Source: Cyclobacteriaceae bacterium (GTDB lineage: Bacteria; Bacteroidota; Bacteroidia; Cytophagales; Cyclobacteriaceae). Taken from it: a stretch of DNA of 64,000 bases. The stretch is taken from assembly GCA_015488485.1 (NCBI GenBank), contig WFNR01000064.1:6916-70915 (forward strand). Direction: 5' to 3'. Below the pieces are notes generated by a model that made no database searches, was not told the DNA's origin, and saw only the letters and a list, made by a program, of their open reading frames with translations. The position numbers and the translations under genes are program-made. Position 1 is the stretch's first letter; each line of letters begins with the position of its first letter. This document shows positions 25,814 to 35,232 of the stretch, one piece after another.

Positions 25814-26776
25814 ATGAGAGAAGCATCATTTCTGGCACAAAATGAGCAAAAATGGCGTAAGGTAGAGGCCATTTTGCAAAAAAACAGCCAACTCAGCCCC
25901 GATGAAGCTGCTTCTCTGTTTACCGAGCTGGCCGATGATCTGGCCTATGCCCGCACCCATTATCCTTTAAGCGTGACCACCCGTTATCTGAACGGCTTGG
26001 CGGCCGGTATTTACCAAAAGCTCAATACCAGCCGCAGGCAGGGGCTGGGGCGATTGGTTGATTTCTGGCGCTATGGGGTGCCGCTGGCGGTAGGGCGGCA
26101 TCACCGCGAGATGCTTTTTGTGATGGTGTTCTTTCTGCTGTCGGTGCTGGTCGGGGTGGTCTCCACCCATTATGACGAGACCTTTCCGCGCATTGTACTG
26201 GGCGATGAATATGTGGAAATGACGCTAAAGAACATTGCCGAAGGCGACCCGATGGCAGTGTATAAGGGTAGCGATTCCAATAGCATGTTTCTAGGTATTA
26301 CGTACAACAACCTGCGGGTTGCCGGCTATATATTTATTGGCGGCCTGTTGTTTTCGCTGGGTAGCCTGTACTTTCTGTTTACCAATGGGGTTATGCTGGG
26401 TACTTTCCAGTATTTCTTCGTTACCAAAGGCCTGTTTCTTTATTCATTCCTGACCATCTGGATACATGGCGCCCTGGAAATATCATCCATAGTGATAGCC
26501 GGTACGGCCGGGGTGGTAATGGGCAACAGCTTGTTATTTCCCGGTACTTACCCACGTAAATACAGCTTGCTGCGCGGTGCCCGCGAAGCGCTGCATATCT
26601 TCTTAGGTATTACGCCACTTATTGTGCTGGCCGGCTTTCTGGAGAGTTTTATTACCCGCCTTACCGAAATGCCCGATTTTGTGAAGTGGTTTATAATTCT
26701 GGGCTCCTTTAGCTTTATTGGCTGGTACTTTGTGTATTATCCGCTAAAACTTAAAAAGGTACATGAAATACATTAG
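25814..26776 (+). CDS. stage II sporulation protein M-like membrane protein
   Basis: Soluble N-terminal ~90 aa, then TM helices including the IWIHGALEISSIVIAG motif typical of SpoIIM-like proteins. Confidence 0.8.
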   Translation: MREASFLAQNEQKWRKVEAILQKNSQLSPDEAASLFTELADDLAYARTHYPLSVTTRYLNGLAAGIYQKLNTSRRQGLGRLVDFWRYGVPLAVGRHHREMLFVMVFFLLSVLVGVVSTHYDETFPRIVLGDEYVEMTLKNIAEGDPMAVYKGSDSNSMFLGITYNNLRVAGYIFIGGLLFSLGSLYFLFTNGVMLGTFQYFFVTKGLFLYSFLTIWIHGALEISSIVIAGTAGVVMGNSLLFPGTYPRKYSLLRGAREALHIFLGITPLIVLAGFLESFITRLTEMPDFVKWFIILGSFSFIGWYFVYYPLKLKKVHEIH

Positions 26777-27443
26777 GCTGGTATTTATCGTTTGGCTGCT
26801 TATGGTAGTTATGCCTGGTTGCCGGCAATCGCAGCCAGACACCAGGCGCGGCTTCAACCGTGGGCAACTGGCGGCCTATAAACAAAACAAGGCTTTTGAT
26901 TATAACCGTGAAATAGTGCCCTGGGAAAACCCGCTGTTTGGCTGGCTGGGGTATGTGTTCCGCTTTGTAGCCTGGCTGTTCAATTCCTTGTTGGGATATG
27001 TGGTACTGGCTCTGTTGCTAATTGGGCTCGTCTATGTCATTTTTCGCTATACCAGATTCTCGGGCCGGCAGGAGCTGGCCGAGCAGCAGTCGTTGCGCCT
27101 GGTGCGGGAAGACAAGGTAGAGGATACCGATTTTCAACGCTTGCTAGCGCTGGCACTGGCTAAACAGGACTATCGCCTGGCTATTCGTTATGTTTTTCTT
27201 GATATCCTTAAAACACTGAGTCTACGCAAGTTAATCACCCTGCAAGAAGGTAAAACCAACTACCAATATTACTACGAAATGCCGGCAGTAAGCCGCTTGC
27301 CATTCCGGCAGGTATTGCAAATATTCGAGTACGTATGGTATGGTGAATTTCCGGCCACCGAAGCACTGTACAAGCAGGTGGCTGCGGCCCGCCAGCAATT
27401 GCAAAGCAGTCTGACACCAAAGGGGGGAGAGGCGGATGATTAA
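26763..27443 (+). CDS. DUF4129 domain protein
   Basis: Lipoprotein-like start (VVMPGC), a TM helix, and a C-terminal DYRLAIRYVFLDILK...YVWYGEFP segment typical of DUF4129. Confidence 0.75.
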   Translation: MKYIRLVFIVWLLMVVMPGCRQSQPDTRRGFNRGQLAAYKQNKAFDYNREIVPWENPLFGWLGYVFRFVAWLFNSLLGYVVLALLLIGLVYVIFRYTRFSGRQELAEQQSLRLVREDKVEDTDFQRLLALALAKQDYRLAIRYVFLDILKTLSLRKLITLQEGKTNYQYYYEMPAVSRLPFRQVLQIFEYVWYGEFPATEALYKQVAAARQQLQSSLTPKGGEADD

Positions 27444-28710
27444 AAAGATAGTGGCCATCATGTTATCGGCTCTGGTGCTGATGCTGGTACTTAGCGTGCT
27501 GTACAGCCTGTTTCAGCCGCGTCCTTATAGCTGGGATGTAACCCTCCATCGGCTTAGCAAGCAACCTTACGGGGGCTATATCCTGCACCGGGAGCTGCCT
27601 CATTTCTTTCCCGGCCAGCGGGTGCGTAAGCTCAGCGAGGATGACCTGTTGCCCTACCTGGAAAGCACCTATGGCTACCTGACAGATAGCCTGGATGAAG
27701 AAGGTGAATATGTATTGCCGGCCGACAGCCTGGGATTTCTTAAAGAATTGCCCGGTGTATCGCATTTTAATATTTTATTGATAAACAAATCGTTATGGAT
27801 TTCCGATCGATCGGTAGCGCCTTTTCTGCAACATTTATATCAGGGTAATAAGGCACTTATCACTACTGAAAGCAGCAGCAATCTATTGTTGCGGCTATTG
27901 GGATTGGAGATGACCAGGGTGTACTTCAGCAAGCAGCCGCAGCTCGACTCTACGGCTTACTACCAACTGCAGTTTGCCAATAGCGATACGACCATCCGGT
28001 TTAAGCCTTACCGCTATGCCGATTACTTCAGCAAGTACCCGCCACAGGCCAGGGTACTGATGCGCAACGGTACCGGCCAGGCGGTAGGCGTGGAGATACC
28101 GGTAGGCAAGGGGCGTGTTTTGCTGTTCAGCATGCCTATTATACTGAGTAACTATTACCTGCTGGAGCACGACCCCGTTTTTGCGGAGCAACTGCTTACC
28201 TGGCTACCCAACCGCACTACTTACTATGCCCAGGGTATAAATGTGTACCAGCCGGTATTTGACGAGCATTCCGGTCTGCTTAGCTATGTACATAGTCAGC
28301 CACCATTGGCATGGGCCTTTTATACCTTGCTGGTGGGTGTGCTGTTGTTTTTTGTACTGCAATTGCGCAGGGTAGAGCGTCCGGTGCCGGTAATACAACC
28401 ACCGCGCAACCTGAGCCTCGATTTCATCAGGCAGGTAAGCGCCTTGTTTTTTATGCACCGCGACAACAAAAGCCTGGTTAAGCGCAAGATGGAATACTTC
28501 CTCGACCAGGTGCGCAATCAGTATCATTTGCCCACCGGGCAGTACGATGAGCGGTTTTTTGAGCTGCTGGCCCATAAAACCGGGGTAAAGCGCACCTTTT
28601 TACAGCATATTTTCAGGCTGTACAACCAATATATGACCCAACCGGAAGTCAATGACGATGAGTTTATCCGCTTCAATAAACTGATGCAAACCTTTAAACA
28701 AACAAGCTAA
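27436..28710 (+). CDS. DUF4350-like membrane-anchored protein
   Basis: N-terminal TM helix, a large extracytoplasmic domain and a second TM near residue 290. Its position between DUF4129 and MoxR matches the conserved cluster. Confidence 0.7.
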   Translation: MIKKIVAIMLSALVLMLVLSVLYSLFQPRPYSWDVTLHRLSKQPYGGYILHRELPHFFPGQRVRKLSEDDLLPYLESTYGYLTDSLDEEGEYVLPADSLGFLKELPGVSHFNILLINKSLWISDRSVAPFLQHLYQGNKALITTESSSNLLLRLLGLEMTRVYFSKQPQLDSTAYYQLQFANSDTTIRFKPYRYADYFSKYPPQARVLMRNGTGQAVGVEIPVGKGRVLLFSMPIILSNYYLLEHDPVFAEQLLTWLPNRTTYYAQGINVYQPVFDEHSGLLSYVHSQPPLAWAFYTLLVGVLLFFVLQLRRVERPVPVIQPPRNLSLDFIRQVSALFFMHRDNKSLVKRKMEYFLDQVRNQYHLPTGQYDERFFELLAHKTGVKRTFLQHIFRLYNQYMTQPEVNDDEFIRFNKLMQTFKQTS

Positions 28711-29702
28711 TGGACAATAAAGAACAAGAGCAAACACCCTTTGAAAACCGTCTGGACCTGAGCGGTTTGCAAGAAAAATATGTAGCCGCCCTGGCTGAAA
28801 TAGGTAAAAAACTAGTCGGCCAGCAGCAAGCCGTAGAGTTGTTGTTTACCGCCATACTGGCTGACGGCCACGTGCTGATAGAAGGTGTGCCGGGGGTGGC
28901 CAAAACCTACATGGCCAAGCTGCTGGCCAGAGTACTCAATGCCGGCTTTTCGCGTATCCAGTTCACCCCCGACCTGATGCCTTCCGATGTTACCGGCACC
29001 AATATTTTCAACCCGCAAAACAACAGCTTTGAGTTTCGCAAGGGGCCTATCTTCGACAATGTGGTGCTGATAGATGAGATAAACCGGGCCCCGGCCAAAA
29101 CCCAGGCGGCCTTGTTTGAGTGTATGGAAGAGCGCCAGGTATCTGCCGATGGCCAAAACTACCCGCTGGAAGCGCCTTTTATCGTGCTGGCCACCCAGAA
29201 TCCGGTAGAGCATGAAGGCACCTACAAGCTGCCCGAAGCGCAGCTCGACCGCTTTTTGTTTAAAATAGAGGTGGACTATCCGGCTGCAGAAGAGGAGGTG
29301 AGCATTTTGCAGGGTGTGGCCAGCGGCCGCATAAACAACGACCTGGAGGATGTGCAGGCGGTTATCAACAAGCAGGAACTGGCCGCCTTCAGGGCGCTGG
29401 CCCGTCAGGTGATGGCCGAGTCGCATTTGCTGGAATATATTGTCAGGCTGGTGGAAAATACCCGGGAGAATGCCAGTCTCTTTTTAGGTGCATCGCCCCG
29501 CGCCTCCATTGGTATACTGAATGCCGCCAAGGCCCTGGCCGCTCTGCGTGGGCGCGACTTCATTACCCCCGATGATGTCCGTGAGGTAACCTTGCCGGTG
29601 CTGATACACCGCATCGTGCCTACGCCCGAGAAAGAAATGGAAGGGGTAGATACCCGTCAGATTATCAATGAAATTATCGAGCAGGTTGAAGTTCCTCGCT
29701 AA
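28710..29702 (+). CDS. MoxR-family AAA+ ATPase
   Basis: Walker A GVPGVAKT, Walker [11 protein letters not shown], and the [22 protein letters not shown] signature of MoxR. Confidence 0.9.
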   Translation: MDNKEQEQTPFENRLDLSGLQEKYVAALAEIGKKLVGQQQAVELLFTAILADGHVLIEGVPGVAKTYMAKLLARVLNAGFSRIQFTPDLMPSDVTGTNIFNPQNNSFEFRKGPIFDNVVLIDEINRAPAKTQAALFECMEERQVSADGQNYPLEAPFIVLATQNPVEHEGTYKLPEAQLDRFLFKIEVDYPAAEEEVSILQGVASGRINNDLEDVQAVINKQELAAFRALARQVMAESHLLEYIVRLVENTRENASLFLGASPRASIGILNAAKALAALRGRDFITPDDVREVTLPVLIHRIVPTPEKEMEGVDTRQIINEIIEQVEVPR

Positions 29703-31053
29703 CATATGGTCTGCGCTGTATCGTAAGCTGCCGGCTCTGTATCTGACACGCAGGGCGGTGTTGCTGATACTGGCTATCACCGGGATGTTTTTGCTGGGCT
29801 TCGGCTGGCCGTGGCTGTTTCCGGCCGGGCAGATGCTGCTTGGCCTGCTGGTAGTGGGTGTTGTGGCCGAAGTGACCATGCTGTATAGTATCAGGCAGCC
29901 CTTTAGCGGGGAGCGTATTCTTGAAGAAAAACTCTCAAATGGTGATTATAATCCGTTGATAATCAAGCTGCAATGTGTTTATCCTTTTAGTACGTTAGTA
30001 ACCGTAATAGATGAGTTTCCCGCGCAGTTGCAGTTGCGTGGTCAGTATTTCGAGCTGGGCCGCAACCGGCCGGCTTTTAAGCGCGATATTACCTATGAGA
30101 TACGCCCGGTAAATAGGGGTGATTATGAGTTTGGCGACCTGCATATCCTGGTAAGCAGTGTGCTGGGGCTGGTGCAGCGTAAGGTGACGCTACCGGCTGC
30201 ACAGACCGTGCCGGTATACCCGTCCTTTATCCAGTTGCGTAAATTTTCTTTTTATACCATTCACGACCGGCTCGATGAGTTGGGGGTTAAAAAAATTCGC
30301 AAGCTGGGCGCCAACAATGAGTTTGAGCAGATACGTGAGTATGTGCAGGGCGATGATTTTCGCAGGATAAACTGGGCCGCTACAGCCCGCAAGAACACCC
30401 TTATGGTAAACGAATACCAGGAGGAGAAAGCCCAGCAGGTGTACTGTGTGCTGGATAGCGGTCGCCATATGCAGATGCCTTTTGGCGGCTTGTCGTTGCT
30501 GGAGTATGCCGTGAACGCCACCCTGGTGATGTTGGGGGTTGCCCACGCCAAAGGCGATAAGCCGGGCCTGCTTAGCTTTGCCAAAAAAGTGGATTTTTAC
30601 CTGCCGGCCCATAGCAAAACCGGCCAGCTAAACCGCATAGCCGAGGGCCTGTACAGGGTAGTGCCGCAGAGCTACGAGCCCGATTTTTTGCGGCTGTACA
30701 AGCATGTCAAGACCAATATCCGCAAGCGCAGCCTGTTGTTGCTGTTTACCAATTTCGACACCTTGCCGGGGCTGAAGCGACAGTTACCTTATCTGCGGGC
30801 CTTGGCCCGCCAGCATTTGCTCTGTGTGGTTATTTTTGAAAATACCGAGGTGAGCAGGGTAGCCCAACGGGCCGTCAGCAGCCTGGCGGCAGCCTGCGAG
30901 CAAACCGTGGCCGAAAAGTACAGCCTGGAAAAGCGGCAAATTGTGGCCGAGCTAACCCGGTCCGGCATCTATAGCATTTATACAGCACCCGAACACCTGA
31001 CGGTAGATACCATCAACAAGTATCTTTATTTTAAGGCCAGGGGGGTGATATGA
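29668..31053 (+). CDS. DUF58 domain protein
   Basis: Two N-terminal TM helices and the EFEQIREYVQGDDFRRINWAATAR motif characteristic of DUF58. Start uncertain. Confidence 0.85.
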   Translation: MKLSSRLKFLANIWSALYRKLPALYLTRRAVLLILAITGMFLLGFGWPWLFPAGQMLLGLLVVGVVAEVTMLYSIRQPFSGERILEEKLSNGDYNPLIIKLQCVYPFSTLVTVIDEFPAQLQLRGQYFELGRNRPAFKRDITYEIRPVNRGDYEFGDLHILVSSVLGLVQRKVTLPAAQTVPVYPSFIQLRKFSFYTIHDRLDELGVKKIRKLGANNEFEQIREYVQGDDFRRINWAATARKNTLMVNEYQEEKAQQVYCVLDSGRHMQMPFGGLSLLEYAVNATLVMLGVAHAKGDKPGLLSFAKKVDFYLPAHSKTGQLNRIAEGLYRVVPQSYEPDFLRLYKHVKTNIRKRSLLLLFTNFDTLPGLKRQLPYLRALARQHLLCVVIFENTEVSRVAQRAVSSLAAACEQTVAEKYSLEKRQIVAELTRSGIYSIYTAPEHLTVDTINKYLYFKARGVI

Positions 31054-31120
31054 GCAAGGTGATTAAACTATTTACATCATGCAATTTAACTACCTTTCTT
31101 TTTGCAATATTCATCTTGGG

Positions 31121-31459
31121 TTATTGGCGTAAAAGCATTTTTACCTCAGACTTCAATTTAGGTAAATGATTAATAACAATGCTCCAAATCATGTGGTCAG
31201 ATACACTGTCATAACCATGGATAATTCTATTTCTTGTACCTATGATTTTTTCTGCGTTATTTAATCTAAAGGATTTGTCTTTTTTAAGTATTCTGTTTAC
31301 AGCTTCTCCTATTATTTCCAGGTCTCTTTCGATAGCCCTTTTTGTCTTAATATCTTCAAGAAATTCTTCATAGACCATAGGCTTGTTTTCATAATAACTT
31401 TCAACCTCGTTGATAGCCTGCAGAATATCAAATAACCATGTCTTTATTTCACGATCCAT
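31121..31459 (-). CDS. hepT: HepT-like (DUF86) RNase toxin
   Basis: RX4HXY motif RNRIIHGY near the C-terminus. ATG at 31459 (MDREIKTW) preferred; the longer ORF reaches 31480. Confidence 0.85.
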   Translation of the reverse strand: MDREIKTWLFDILQAINEVESYYENKPMVYEEFLEDIKTKRAIERDLEIIGEAVNRILKKDKSFRLNNAEKIIGTRNRIIHGYDSVSDHMIWSIVINHLPKLKSEVKMLLRQ

Positions 31460-31751
31460 AAACCAGTTGTTTGGTCGCATCTATTGACTGTCGCAGATAT
31501 GGATTTTTAATAGCGGGATCTTCCAGTAAGTCAATTTTCTTATTAAACAATATTTCCAGTGCTGACTTTAAATTATAATAATTATCAGCATAATCATATA
31601 AGCTGACATTCTTGAAATTTACGATAAAATCAATATCGCTTGATTTATCAAAATTTTCTGTTAAAACAGAGCCGAAAACATATAGCTTATCGACATTGTA
31701 TCTGTTGCACAATGCGAATAAGCTATCCATATTCTTGTCAATAATGCTCAT
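31449..31751 (-). CDS. mntA: MntA-type nucleotidyltransferase antitoxin
   Basis: The GSVLTENFDKSSDIDF motif (GS...DxD) of minimal nucleotidyltransferases. Overlaps the HepT gene. Confidence 0.85.
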   Translation of the reverse strand: MSIIDKNMDSLFALCNRYNVDKLYVFGSVLTENFDKSSDIDFIVNFKNVSLYDYADNYYNLKSALEILFNKKIDLLEDPAIKNPYLRQSIDATKQLVYGS

Positions 31752-31987
31752 ATTTCAAAAATACAATCATTTTATTGAAATTTAAATGATATCAAAATCT
31801 GGCTGCCAGTACAAAATAAGCAAGACATCACCATGTTTACAGTCTACCATAATATTCCGGTAAATAATCTGACAACCACAAATAGCCGTTTTGGCAAACC
31901 GACAAACAACTTTTCTTTTAACTTTATAATTACTAAGTTGCAGTTACCTTATTTGTGCTACAAACATTCAATCATAAACAGTTGTAT

Positions 31988-33118
31988 ATGAAGTATCTGT
32001 CATTTGCATTCCTGATTAGTTGGCTATTGGTATTACCGGCCTGTAAAAAACAGGTCAACACCCAGTTGTGCGACAACAAGGTTGCCGTACTGGACCTGAA
32101 CCTGCTGGAACAAAACATAGTGCAGAAAGTAGAGGCGGATAGCCCGATGGGCTATGCCTATGTCATAGCCAAAGACGGCCAGGTTGAGCGGCAGGGCGCT
32201 GGTGGTCTGGCACGTTCGGCAGCAGAGGGTAACCTGCCTATGACGACCAATAGCATTATGCACATTGCCAGTGTAAGCAAAACCATTACCACAGCAGCTG
32301 TATTAAAATTGCTTGAGGACAAAGACCTTGATATAAATGAACATATTTATCCATACCTACCGCCTGGATGGCAGGTGGCTGAAATTACTAAGGCCATTAC
32401 TTTCAGACAATTGCTTAGACATGAAGTTTCATATCCGATTAAGGGAGAGGGTTCTGTCAGCTACGATAGTTTGCAGGCCTATGCTGAGCGGGGGCTGTCT
32501 ATTTCTTTGGCCAGCTACAGCAATATCAATCATTCCTTCTTTAGAATTATCATACCACGGTTGTGGGATAAATATCGTCCTGCATCAGGTGGTGCCGGTT
32601 ATGACTCGGTTTTTACAGCCAGTGTGTATGAAAAATACATTCAGGAAGAGATGTTTCAACCGTTGGGTATAACCGGCACCCTTAACACCATGGGTAACAA
32701 TAATGTGGTATTGGCCTACTCCGGCACTAATGATAATACCGGCAAATTTGGCCCGGAAGACTACCGCTACCTTTCGGGGGCCTTTGGTTGGCAGATGTCG
32801 GCTTACGAAACAGCCAAATTTTGGGCCTACTTGTGGTTTAGTCATGATATCTTAAGCAATAGCATGCAAAAAAGCATGAAAACATTGGAGTTAGGGCTGT
32901 GGAATACCACCAGTGGTGAGCATGGCACCTATTATGGCAAACGGGGTGAATGGTTTAATAAGGATGGAAACAGCACAAAACGTGCTTATAATACTTTTGT
33001 AATCCTGTATCCCGATAATGTACAGGTTACGCTTTTTACCAACTCTCCCTTAAGCATCAGTATGTCGGGCCTGCTAAGAGATGCTTATGATGAAGCTTTT
33101 GTAAGCGAATGCCTTTAG
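31988..33118 (+). CDS. serine hydrolase, beta-lactamase (class C-related) family lipoprotein
   Basis: SxxK motif ASVSKTIT. Lipoprotein signal MKYLSFAFLISWLLVLPAC from the ATG at 31988. Confidence 0.85.
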   Translation: MKYLSFAFLISWLLVLPACKKQVNTQLCDNKVAVLDLNLLEQNIVQKVEADSPMGYAYVIAKDGQVERQGAGGLARSAAEGNLPMTTNSIMHIASVSKTITTAAVLKLLEDKDLDINEHIYPYLPPGWQVAEITKAITFRQLLRHEVSYPIKGEGSVSYDSLQAYAERGLSISLASYSNINHSFFRIIIPRLWDKYRPASGGAGYDSVFTASVYEKYIQEEMFQPLGITGTLNTMGNNNVVLAYSGTNDNTGKFGPEDYRYLSGAFGWQMSAYETAKFWAYLWFSHDILSNSMQKSMKTLELGLWNTTSGEHGTYYGKRGEWFNKDGNSTKRAYNTFVILYPDNVQVTLFTNSPLSISMSGLLRDAYDEAFVSECL

Positions 33119-33140
33119 GCCGCCAATAGTAAGGGGCAAT

Positions 33141-33178
33141 AAAAAAGCAACCACCGGCTTAGGTGGTTGCTTTTTTTT
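33141..33178. terminator. bidirectional intrinsic terminator between convergent genes
   Basis: AAAAAA-GCAACCACC-GGCTTA-GGTGGTTGC-TTTTTTTT. Confidence 0.8.
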
Positions 33179-33193
33179 AATAACGCTTATTTA

Positions 33194-33994
33194 TCATTCA
33201 GTTGCGTTACCGAATTCTTCCACCTGCCGGTCCATATCGCTGTCTTCAGCGCCTACCACTGTGTCATAGACAGCAAATAGGGTGGTGTAGGTAAAAGGTA
33301 CGGTTACCAGCAAGCCCAATCCGCAAGGAATGGCACTGATAATCATGATAATACCCAGGATGATAAACATAAACAGGAATGACAGAAAATTCTTACCTAC
33401 CAGCTTACGGCTGGCTTCCATGGCATCCCAGAAGCCCATATTGCGGTCCACAATAAAAATCAACGCCAGCGAGTACGACAAACCTATGTATAACAGATAG
33501 ATGGCCGCCAGAAGTATCCAGAGTATGGTAATACCGGAAATACTTGAGGACAAGTACTGCATTTCTTCTATAATCTGCTGCGGATCGCTGGAGCTGGTAA
33601 CCACATCAATAAAACCCTCTGGCAGTACGGCAAAGATTACCAACAGAAAAGCCGGCAGCATCAGCAATATATAAACAAGGCTGTACATAACGATTTCCTT
33701 GACATAATTGAAACCACCGAAGAAATCACCAAACTCCCCCTGACCATTGAGCATATTGCGGGTATAGATAAACACACCGGCTATTAAGATATAGTTGAGA
33801 ATACTGGTCAGGATATTGCCAATTATCGGTATAAGCCCCAGGGTAAAGCCGGCTACAATGCTGATAATCAAAAACACCAGCATAAAACCGATAAAGTTGC
33901 CAGCGCCTTTTTTGAAATAATCCCAGCCATCGCCCATGTATTTACCCATTTCAAAACGATAGCCTTCTGTGAGTGCTTGTTCAAGTTTGTCCAT
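33194..33994 (-). CDS. hypothetical multi-pass membrane protein
   Basis: Six or so hydrophobic helices. Start taken at MDKLEQ (33994), overlapping the upstream gene's stop. Confidence 0.7.
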   Translation of the reverse strand: MDKLEQALTEGYRFEMGKYMGDGWDYFKKGAGNFIGFMLVFLIISIVAGFTLGLIPIIGNILTSILNYILIAGVFIYTRNMLNGQGEFGDFFGGFNYVKEIVMYSLVYILLMLPAFLLVIFAVLPEGFIDVVTSSSDPQQIIEEMQYLSSSISGITILWILLAAIYLLYIGLSYSLALIFIVDRNMGFWDAMEASRKLVGKNFLSFLFMFIILGIIMIISAIPCGLGLLVTVPFTYTTLFAVYDTVVGAEDSDMDRQVEEFGNATE

Positions 33995-34310
33995 AATAGT
34001 TTTGGTTAGATTGTACATAAAATTTATAAAAATCGTAGGCGGCATAGCCTACAATCAGTGGCATATAGATAAAGATCAGCGCATTGATGCGGGCCGCTTC
34101 GGCCAGGTGGCCGCTGAGCAGGGCAATAGCCGCCCGGTTCAGGCCGCAGCCCCAGCATTCTATACCCAGGGTTGCCTTAAACGGGCAGCCCGGTAACCAA
34201 ACCGGCAATCCGGCAGCGTTAAGCAATAAGGCCGTCAAGTACAGCCCCAGTAGCCCATAGATGAGCCGGTTTTTGCGTAAATAGCTGGTTAGTATGCTAA
34301 GTAAAGTCAT
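33981..34310 (-). CDS. DUF2752 domain membrane protein
   Basis: CPFKATLGIECWGCGLNRA matches the DUF2752 Cys motif. Flanking TM helices. Confidence 0.75.
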   Translation of the reverse strand: MTLLSILTSYLRKNRLIYGLLGLYLTALLLNAAGLPVWLPGCPFKATLGIECWGCGLNRAAIALLSGHLAEAARINALIFIYMPLIVGYAAYDFYKFYVQSNQNYYGQT

Positions 34311-34396
34311 CGGTTAGCCAAATTTATGAATATTCGTCTTAATCAATGGTCATTCGCAAAAAATTATGAACTTTAGGTTTTCAACAACTGTGTGCT

Positions 34397-35221
34397 ATGG
34401 AATCATTCCTGAATTTCTTTGCCGATATGCCTGCCTGGCAGCGCTTTGTGTGGATTGTCATCTGCCTGCTTTTCTCCTGGGGGCTGGAAGCCCTGTGGCC
34501 GCTGCAAAAAATTGACTACCGCAAATGGCGCCATGCCGGGGTCAACTTCGTTTTTCTGGCTACCACCATGCTGATCAACATCGGCTTCGGGCTGGCTACG
34601 GTAGGGGTGTTTGCCTGGATAGAGCAGCATCATTTCGGGTTGCTGTATCTGGTGGATTGGCCTTTATGGGCGGAACTGCTGGTGGCTATCCTGATATTTG
34701 AGTTTTTCGCCCAGTACCTGGTGCACTACCTGCTGCATAAGGTGCCCTTGCTGTGGCGCGTGCATATGATACACCACAGCGATACCAAAGTAGATGCCAC
34801 CACCGGCACACGCCACCATCCGCTCGATTTTATGCTGCGCGAAACCTTTGCACTGGTTGCTGTCATCGTAAGCGGAGCGCCCATTGCCTTTTATTTCTTT
34901 TACCGTATCTGCACAGTCTTTTTCACCTATTTTACCCATGCCAATTTCTATCTGCCACAGTGGCTCGACAAGCCGCTGAGCTATGTGTTTATTACCCCCA
35001 ATATGCACAAATTTCATCACCACTACAAGCAGCCCTGGACCGACCGCAACTACGGCAACATCTTCAGTATCTGGGATCGCTTGTTCGGCACCCTCGTTTA
35101 TGACGACCCGCGTAAGGTACGCTTCGGGCTCGATATGCTCGATGACAGCACCGATGAAGATATTGCCTATCAGTTTAAATTGCCTTTTCGGAAAACCCAA
35201 AGACGAGATAATAAAGGTTAA
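34397..35221 (+). CDS. sterol desaturase / fatty acid hydroxylase family protein
   Basis: Histidine boxes HYLLH, HMIHHSD and HKFHHH, with N-terminal TM helices. Confidence 0.85.
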   Translation: MESFLNFFADMPAWQRFVWIVICLLFSWGLEALWPLQKIDYRKWRHAGVNFVFLATTMLINIGFGLATVGVFAWIEQHHFGLLYLVDWPLWAELLVAILIFEFFAQYLVHYLLHKVPLLWRVHMIHHSDTKVDATTGTRHHPLDFMLRETFALVAVIVSGAPIAFYFFYRICTVFFTYFTHANFYLPQWLDKPLSYVFITPNMHKFHHHYKQPWTDRNYGNIFSIWDRLFGTLVYDDPRKVRFGLDMLDDSTDEDIAYQFKLPFRKTQRRDNKG

Positions 35222-35232
35222 AATAGTTTTTT

